Origin: Priapulus caudatus
Lineage: Eukaryota
DNA length: 64,000 bases
Direction of reading: 5' to 3'
Assembly (NCBI RefSeq): GCF_000485595.1
Contig: NW_014577070.1
Coordinates: 10,218 to 74,217 of the forward strand
A model generated the notes under the pieces. It was not told where the DNA came from, ran no database searches, and saw only the letters and a program-made list of their open reading frames with translations. A program made the translations under genes and the position numbers. The stretch's first letter is position 1; each line of letters starts with the position of its first letter. Below are positions 55,321 to 64,000 of the stretch, piece after piece.

Positions 55321-56847
55321 CAATTCAAGTGGTAGGTCTATCTAATGCTATCTATTATCTATCTATCTATCGTTTATCTATCTATCTATCTATCTAATCT
55401 ATCATATCTATCTATCTTATCTATCATCTATCTAGCGTATCTATCTATCTATCTACTATCTAATCTATTATCTATCTATCTATCTATCTAGTCTATCTAT
55501 CATCGTAATCTATTCTATTAATTACTATCTATCTAATCTATCTATCCAATCTATCTATCAATCTGACAGTCAATCCTATTAATCATCCCTCTATCCCATC
55601 TATCAACTAGTCTAAGGTCGTAATCTTATCTATCTATCTATCTATCTTATCTATCTATCTATCTATCTTATTTACCTATCTATCTATTTTATCTATCTAT
55701 CTAGTTTATCTATCATCTATTTATCTATCTTATCTAAACTAATACATCTATCATTCATATGGCGATGCGATTAGGTGTAGGCATCTAACTATCTAACTAT
55801 CCAGTCTATCATCTATCTATCTATCTATTCTATCTATCTATCGTATCTATAACTATTCTAGTCTATCTAGGGGGGTCTAATAATATTGTATCTGTGCTTC
55901 TATTTGGTCTATCCATCTTATGCCATCTATCCCATCTATTTATCTATCTGATCTAACTAGCCATCTAGTCATTCTATCACATCTATCTATCTTAACTAAT
56001 CTAGACTATCTAAACTATCACATCTAATCATCTATCTATCTATCTATCTATCTATCTTATCTATCTATCCTATCTATCTATCGATCTAGTCTATCTATTC
56101 TACTATTCTTTCTATCTATCTATCTATCTATCTATCTAATCTATCAATCTATTTATCTATCTATCTACCCACATACTTACCTACCTACATACCCCCTACC
56201 TACCTCCCCAGCTATCCAAACCTACCGACTCACCCCGCAACACGCCACCACCACGCTACCTACCTATAACTAGCGTAAGAATCCACTACCCTCCCAACGC
56301 ACTTACCTACTCTCGTTCTATGCTCCCACTTCACGCTGAGCGCTGAAGCCTAATACTAAATAGATCTCCGCTGTGCCGGAGCGTAATTGTCACATCTATA
56401 ATTGATAAGCCCCGAGCACGGAACAAAAACAGCTAGCATTGTGTGTGTGTGTGCGCAGATTCTCATGACGTCATGAGCCTCGCGAAGGGTCGAGACAGAA
56501 TTTGCATGAGCCCGTCTATTGTGAGAAAGTATTACGATTAGCAAAAGAACATTTGTTGAAAAAAGAACAAAAAGGTTGTGGTGCAAGCGTGTCGTTGCGT
56601 GCGGCGATCGCGTCCGCCTTTGGTGAAATTTTTTTTTACACGGTGGAAGTCTTTCCGGCCGCAGTATAGCTGTTTGCGGGAAGGCAGGAAACAACTACGC
56701 ATTTATTCGTAACATCGTAATTATCCATTGATTGCTTTCTCACTTCCCTTTCTCTCGCTGTCTGTTCTTTGTCTTTCCCCACTCTCGAGCTTTCTCTCGG
56801 TTGTCACTCTTCTCTCTCTCATCTCTCTCTCCTCTCTCTCTCTCTCA

Positions 56848-56881
<34 letters not shown>

Positions 56882-56936
56882 ATTCTTCTCTCTCTTCACT
56901 CTCTCCCTCTCGCTCTCCTGTCTCTTCCTCTCCTCG

Positions 56937-56967
<31 letters not shown>

Positions 56968-57734
56968 CTCTATTCTCTCTCTTTCTCTCTCTAGCACTCT
57001 CCTCCCACTCTCACCTTCTCGCTCGCTCGTCTCTCTGGTAATCTCGTCTCTCCTTCTCTCGTCTCTCTCCCCTCTCTCTTTTCCTCATCGACTCTCGCTC
57101 TCCCTCTCTCCCCTTTCTCTCCTAATCTTCTCTCTCCTCAACCATATAGTATCTCTCTCTCTCCCTCTCTCCTCTTCCTCTCGTCCCTATTTCCGCGTCT
57201 CTCTCGCTCTCTCTAAGTTCCATCTGTCTATCTCTCTCTTTCTCTCTCTGCTCTCTCGCTCTCTCGCCTCTCTCTCACTCTCTCTTTTAAAAACCGCGAT
57301 TTCGTGCGTTCCGCCTCGTTTCCGCGCAAATCAACCCAGGGCGGCTGCGCAGATGTGGAACGCCTCTTCGTTCGTTGAGCTTTCTTCGTCGCTGTCGGCT
57401 GAGGAGACGCTTCGAGATCCGCGGCAGGCCAGCTTATATTACGAGCCAGAGAAGATTAAAAGTACATATAACTACATGGGCGCTGTCAGGATTGGCGTGT
57501 GTTTAGATAATGTAGATGGGATGCGCGTGAATGCTGCTGCAGCTTCCCGTGGCGATGGGTTTTCTAGTACTGGCGTTGGGAAAAACGCCTCGCGTTATTA
57601 TAGCAAAGCATGTTATGGCACGCCAAGGTCGACGTATGTTTACCGGCGCATTGCCCCGAGACGAATCTTGATAAATATCCAGGAGTAGATAAATAGGGAA
57701 ATTCCTNNNNNNNNNNNNNNNNNNNNNNNNNGCG

Positions 57735-57766
<32 letters not shown>

Positions 57767-58101
57767 CCGCGGCGTGCGTGTGTGATAGTGTGGTTGTGCC
57801 GTGTGCGTGACTGTGTGAGGTGCTGTGTGCCTGCGCGCAGATGCGTGCATGTTTGTTCGTGTGTGTGTACTCTCGTGCGTGCAATGTGTGTGCGCGTGTT
57901 GTTCGTATTATACGTGTGATGCGTGCTGTTCACTGTTGTTTGTGTGTCGTTTCTTTGTGATGTTGTATGTGTGTGGGTGTTGCCGCAGCGCGGCCGTCTC
58001 GCATATGTGTTTTGTTTTATGTGTTGCAGTGTGTTTGGTGTGTGGAAACGTTGCGAGTCGGAATACACAGCTAACACGGTCCTCTAGCTAGCCGTCTCGA
58101 G

Positions 58102-58420
58102 AGGAGTCTATTCTCCCCCGTGTGGAGGGGTACTGCGCGAACGTACCTTGTGCCGTACGCTTCGGTATACCGGAACGTACCCTGGTACTAATTAATTGCC
58201 GGACCGTTACCTCGCCTACCTCCACTAACGAGTTCTAGGGGAGTCGCCGACGTACTCCCTACCTAACCCTAACCCTAACCCCACGACTAACCCTAACCCT
58301 CTAACCTTAATCCTTAACCGCTAACCATACTCAAATTAGTGTGACCAGCGGACGTTCCGGTAGTTACCGGACCGTACCCAGGGTACGTTCCGGCCTAGTA
58401 CCCTGGGAGGAAATGACCCT
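58102..58420. mobile_element. Telomeric-core MITE family A, complete copy
   Basis: Imperfect ~75-85-bp inverted arms (gtcta..ccccc..gggtactg..gaacgtacc..ggtataccggaacgtaccctggta and complement) around (CCCTAA)n at ~58260-58325. Confidence 0.7.
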
Positions 58421-60149
58421 ATGAGCCTTACTTAGCACTGCGGCTTGTCGTCACTATTTTACAATCAACGATTGCCCTTGTTTGTTATGTTAACGGTAGA
58501 CTGCTATGGAAGGATCTTTCTGCTTCACGCCGACCATGCAGTCCCAGTTTAGCGGATCTTTTACGAGGAAAAGGCGGGAGTGACTGCTTTGATATAGGAC
58601 TGGGAGTGGTATGGAGAAAGATAAAAAAAAAGGGAGATAGAACGAGAGTGAGAGTGAAAGAGAAAGAAAAAAAGAAAGAAAGAAGGAGAGCGCATGAGAG
58701 AGAGGAGAGGAGGGAGGAAGAGAGAGCGATAGAGAATGAGAGGAGACGAGAGAGGAGAGAGAGACGGAGTGGCGAGAGAGAGCAGATGAGAGAGAGTAGA
58801 GATGAGAGAGATAGAGAGATAGGAGAGAGAGAGCGAGAGAGAGAGAGATCGAGACGAAGATGAGAGAGAGGACGAGAGGAGGAGAGAAATGTGGAAAGAG
58901 ATTGAGATGAGAGAAAATAATTGGCTGTCTGTAAATAGCGACTGGATGACAAGTTCTATCAGAGAATTAACAAAACAGACCGTAGTCAAAACATCGCATG
59001 AAAACTACGCGTAGTATGCGCTCGGCTCTGATCATACGAGTACAAGGATGCCAAAAACCTGACCCGCACACTTAATTACAGCGCGCAAAAATCACCAGGT
59101 GGCCCTGGTACGGGGCATATATGGGCGTCTCACGCCCGCCCTTGGTGGCTGTATCGGCTTACGATCATCAACGGGTTTCGACTTCAATCGAGCCAGCACT
59201 CTTTCGGCGCGGCCGTTTTGCGGGCCATCGCGTAAATTAAGGAGATTTGCCGTTTCCGCGTCTGCTTGCCGGCGATTACTCTGGTTACGGCTAATAAACT
59301 GCGCTGGTTTACATATGGTCCACAGATTGGGACCGTTGCCTGGCCGCCGCCAGCGCGTCAGTTGCCAATTCACCGTTCCCACAGACTAAAAGCCGTGTAA
59401 AGCTTAGCCGGTAATAGTCCTATATGCCGCTGCTCTTTTGGCTATATCCATGTTGCACGAACGCAGAAAACTTATAATCCATTAGTAGCAGCAAGAATAC
59501 ATGATAGAGATGCGTATAAGCTATGATGTACTTAATGGATATGTAGGTACGGTAATAGAGATATAGAGACCTCATTTATGTACTCTTGCATAGCATCTGA
59601 TTACGCATGTATCTAGTGTAGATCAATAATGTAACCCAAACACAGGATAGCGGTATTATCTATCCTGCCAGGGATAGGGCCAGGATAGGGCCCGTATATC
59701 CTGTGTTTGGCGTTACAGTATTGTATCTAGTATCAAGTTAGTCTATCGTGGCTATATTAGGTAGTTTTAACTATCATATAGCCTGTAGAATTACCGGTGT
59801 TCTTCATGTATAGCCCGCAACCTCGCACTGTTCTATACTGGCCTGTAGTTTCTACTGTGGATAGCTTGTAATAGCCTTTAGTCCACCAGTTTTATTATGA
59901 GGCAGCAGCCAGTCATATCTATGATAGGCTATATTCATGTTGCCTCTAGTTTCCTAACGTGTTATATCGTGTAGTCTTTCTATGTTACGTCACTATCAAT
60001 AACTTTCCAGCCTACCGTATGTTTATATTTTAGGCTAGCCTGTTAGTCTACCCCTGTTATATCTAGCCCGTACCGAGGCTGTGGCGACTCTTGTCATATA
60101 CAGTCTTCTAATACCCTAGCAAGACCGTTTCTTTGTGAGCTAGTGAATT

Positions 60150-61090
60150 ATATCAATGCAATTGTGGATTAACATGTGGTTTAGTCATGTAGTCATAGTC
60201 TTACCATATTATACCGTGCAGATTGTGGATATATGATGTGTATATCTTAAAGTTATAGTCTACCCATGTCTTATCCATGCGACTCTGTATGAACCGTGTG
60301 TATACATTTATGATACATGTAGTTTATAGTCTCCCATGTTATACCGTAGCAATTGCTGGATTACATGTGTGCTTATATCATTATAGTTTATAGTATACCC
60401 TATGTTATATCATGGTGCGATCTGTATGACCTTGTTATATCCATCATGATGCATGTAGTTTATAGTCGTATACCTGTTTATCAGGACTCTGATTCCTCGT
60501 GTTATATCATCATGATATCATGTGGTTTTATAGTATACCATTTATATATGCGACTCTGTTATGACTGTGGTATATCATAATGTATCATGTACTGATAGTC
60601 TACCACATGTATATATCATGCTGACTCTTGTATTACCTGTGTTATATCATTCATGATATCATGCTATGGTTATAGTCCTTACCCATTGTTATAACTCATT
60701 GCGACTCGTGCATTGTCCTGTGTGTATATCATTTATGATGATCATGTAGATTTTATTAGTCTTTCCCATGGCTTATATTCATATGCGACTACTTGTTTTA
60801 TACCTGTGTTAGTATCATCTATGATATCATGTTAGTTTATAGTCTAACAATGTTAATATCATGCGCTCTGTATTCTCCTACGCTCTATTTATCATCATGA
60901 TATCATGTAGTTTATAGTTTCTACCATGTGTTATATCCCTATATCATGCGACTCTGTATTACCTGTGTTATATCATCATGATATCATGTAGTTTATAGTC
61001 TACCCATGTTATATCATGCGACTCTGTAATACCTGCGTTATATCATCATGATATCATGTAGTTTATAGTCTACCCATGTTATATCATGCG
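60150..61090. repeat. 70-bp minisatellite
   Basis: acctgtgtta at 60961 and acctgcgtta at 61031; degenerates leftwards. Confidence 0.85.
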
Positions 61091-61505
61091 AACGTCGATT
61101 TTTGTGTTATGTCATGTACCCTGTAGTCCAGCGTGTGATATTGTGTAGCTTGTGTAGTATAGACGCGTGATATCATGCAGTCCGCAGCCTCGCTATGTTA
61201 TAGCTAGCAGCCTTCTGTCTACCATCATCAGGAGTAGATCATAGGGAATTAATAGGGATTTTAGGAATAGATAATTAGGAATAGATGATAGATAGATGAT
61301 GATAGATTGATTATGATGATAGATTATTAATAGATGAATAGAATAGATAATTAGGAATAATAAGGGATTCCCTATTATCTACTCCTGATATCATGTAGCC
61401 AGCCTGTAGTGCATTGCTGACATATCTCGCCTGGCTCTCACTCTATCCTGCTTCACAGCTACCTCACTACTATACACTACTATATAATACACTATATAGT
61501 ATATA

Positions 61506-62020
61506 GCTTGTATATCTACATGTACACACGCACGCTCGCTTGTACATGTACGCACGCACGCTCGCTTGTATATCTATATGTACACACGCACGCTCGCTTG
61601 TACATGTACACACGTACGCTCGCTTGTATATGTACATGTGCACACGTACGCTCGCTTGTACATGTGCACACGCACGCTCGCTTGTACATGTACGTACGCT
61701 AGCTTGTATATGTACAGACGCACGCTCGCTTGTATATCTACATGTACACACGCACGCTCGCTTGTATATCTACATGTACACACGTACGCTCGCTTGTATA
61801 TCTACATGTACACACGCACGCTCGCTTGTATATCTACATGTACACACGCACACTCGCTGGTATATCTACATGTACACACGCACGCTCGCTTGCACATGTA
61901 CACACGTACGCTAGCTTGTATATGTACACACATGCACACTCGCTTTCGCTTGTATATTTACATGTACACACGCACGCTCGCTTGTACATGTACACACGCA
62001 CGCTCGCTTGTACATGTACA
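61506..62020. repeat. ~32-bp minisatellite
   Basis: Unit tatatctacatgtacacacgcacgctcgcttg, with shorter variants. Confidence 0.9.
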
Positions 62021-62211
62021 CGACGTTTGATCGATCAGTTCTTGAACATGCAAAAACAATGCGTCCAAGAGAACAATCAAGCGAACAATGCGAATTAAAC
62101 AATCAATGCACAGCAACTCTGTGTAGACACTGGCTCTCGACACTGGCGACGTCTACCGCCGTACTAATTCTGTCCAGGGTTGTGTGCCGGTGCGCGTTCA
62201 CACGGCAAAAA

Positions 62212-62699
62212 TTTCGCACCCACTCTGGAGCACACGCACTTGAAGCGTTTCAATAAAATATAATGCTAAATAAATACGAAATCTATTTACTACCAAATTC
62301 TTAATGTTTCTATGTTTCCTACTCTCTTTCACCTATTATTATTAATAGTATTGCCGACAGTTTCCTGCAAATTCCGTCCAAATCCTATTTGCAACATACG
62401 CTTGCAGCCGCCATTCCTCACGCGGCTGCACTGTACACACTTACACTTATATAATATATAAGTGTAAGTGTGCACAGTGCAGCCGCATGAGGAATGGCGG
62501 CCGTAAGCGTGTGTACAAATTTATAGGATTTGGACGGAATTTACAGGAAACTGTCGGCAATAATATTAATAATAATAGGTGAAAGAGAGTAGGAAACATA
62601 GAAACATTAAGAATTTGGTAGTAAATAGATTTCGTATTTATTTAGCATTATATTTTATTGTCACGCTTCAAGTGCCTGTGCTCTGGAGTGGGTGCGAAA
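62212..62699. repeat. ~490-bp near-perfect palindrome (fold-back), possibly the core of a Harbinger-like MITE
   Basis: Arms of ~243 bp centred at ~62454 (cacttatata-a-tatataagtg). Outer gcgttcacacgg (~62194) and ccgtgtgaacgc (~62748). Confidence 0.9.
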
Positions 62700-63055
62700 A
62701 CGACCCGGGTCGAAATAACACGGGTCGTTTTCGTACCGAGAAAACGTCCGTGTGAACGCTTGACCCGGGACGCATTTGACACGAGTCGCTTTCGACCCGG
62801 ATCGTTTAGCTCCGTGTGAACCCGGCTATTAGCCTCGTTCACACGAGACCTCGTATTTCTGAAATAAAGCCGCCACAATCATCCCCCAACCCCACAGCCG
62901 CCACAATCACCCCCAACCCCACAGCCGCCACAATCACCCCCAACCCCACAATCATCCCCCAACACAACCACCGCCACCGCCACCAGCATCACCAACACCA
63001 CCGCCAGCAGCGCCGCATCCGCCTCTGCCTCCACCACAACCACCACCACTAACAC

Positions 63056-63111
<56 letters not shown>

Positions 63112-63116
63112 CCTAA

Positions 63117-64000
63117 CGCTACATGGTCCGTGAACGCGGATTTGTTAATTTCGGTAGCAGATTGTTTTTGCTGGGTCCTCATAAATGAGGGTACGAAAGG
63201 TATCATCGAATTGCTCACGTTCGTTCATACGACTTCATATTTTACATTCAGAGACCAGATATACAACCAGCATTTCGGAGCAGCCATGGGTAGTCTGGTC
63301 TCAGCTATCGTTGCCAATGTTTACATGGAATGGCTTAAAACGAAAGCTATTGAGACAGCACCTATTGATCTCAAACCCAAATGGTGGGTGCGCTACGTAG
63401 ATGACACTTTGGAAATTATCAAATCTGGTACAGTCCAAAGTTGGACACAACACTATAACAGCATGGACATTACTAACAACATCAAATTTACGCACGAGAA
63501 AGAATCTGATCAATAAATTCCGTTCCCCGATACACTTATTCATAAACGAGAAGATGGTTCGTTAAAACTGACTATTTACAGTAAAAAGTCCCACACGGAT
63601 CAGTAATATTTTAAACTTTCCGTCAACCATAAACTATCTGTGGTACGGACGCTCCTTGATCGTAAAGATAAGCTCGTAACGGAGAGTAAAGACCAGGAAG
63701 CCGAGCTGCGCCACATTAAGGACGCGGTTAGATCGTTGGAGACCATAAAAATACAATTAGTACACACGAAGGACAAAACGGATATGCGCAACGTTACGGA
63801 CTGTGTTCACAAGATACCGTGTGCGATGTGCGAAAAAAGTTACATTGGAGAAACGGGCCGTAAATTTGAAACCCGCCTAAAAGAGCACAAAAAGGACGTG
63901 GATACCGTAGCTCCCGAATCATTTATGAGGACCCAGCGAAAACAAGCCGCTACCGAAATAAACAAATCCGCGATCACGGACCATGTAGCGACCGCCAATC
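63117..64000 (+). mobile_element. Penelope-like retroelement (RT + GIY-YIG), 5'-truncated, internally deleted, runs off the window
   Basis: YFTFRDQIYNQHFGAAMGSLVSAIVANVYME...WWVRYVDDT...IKFTHEKE (PLE RT motifs), then HKLSVVRTL and VHKIPCAMCEKSYIGETGRKFETRLKEH...SAITDH (GIY-YIG). In-frame stops at ~63514 and ~63605. Confidence 0.92.

Noticed and set aside
56728..57688. 318-aa Ser/Leu-rich ORF and similar SLSL, RERE, HTHT, CVCV and IYLS ORFs across the window
   Set aside because: Translations of microsatellites.
44200..64000. Search for receptor TM1-TM2 exons
   Set aside because: No GNxLV or SLAxAD-type motifs were found on -. They probably lie outside the window, in a gap, or in noisy sequence.

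Overview
Repeat-rich genomic DNA from an invertebrate animal, not prokaryotic. The assembly is error-prone. It has three 25-N gaps (9101-9125, 38283-38307, 57707-57731), one 181-N gap (45998-46178), indel-rich stretches typical of unpolished long reads, and gap-flanking duplicates. Coding content: (1) an 11-finger C2H2 zinc-finger exon on + (about 1384-2377, frameshifted); (2) three exons of a D2-like (Dop2R-type) dopamine receptor on - (TM3 exon 43713-43825; ICL2 to TM6-start exon about 33991-34934, with a garbled second copy at 41771 to about 43320; terminal TM6-TM7 exon 27555-27772). I did not find TM1-TM2 in this window. Mobile DNA includes a full-length ~5.1-kb Mag-like Ty3/Gypsy LTR element on - (194-bp LTRs, tRNA-Leu-type PBS), two copies of an internally deleted Penelope-like element with an inverted 5' segment, a Helentron-type non-autonomous element, and many MITEs and hairpins. 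There is also a ~7.5-kb tandem duplication, a ~490-bp palindrome and many micro/minisatellites. The most unusual pattern is four unrelated inverted-repeat mini-elements clustered in ~3 kb, each folded around a telomeric (TTAGGG)n core. Other notable items: a 55-bp minisatellite built from the receptor's splice acceptor, filled and empty versions of the LTR insertion site, and a MITE that I recall resembling mammalian MER103-type hAT-Charlie elements (unverified). Most ORFs in the supplied track are microsatellite translations.
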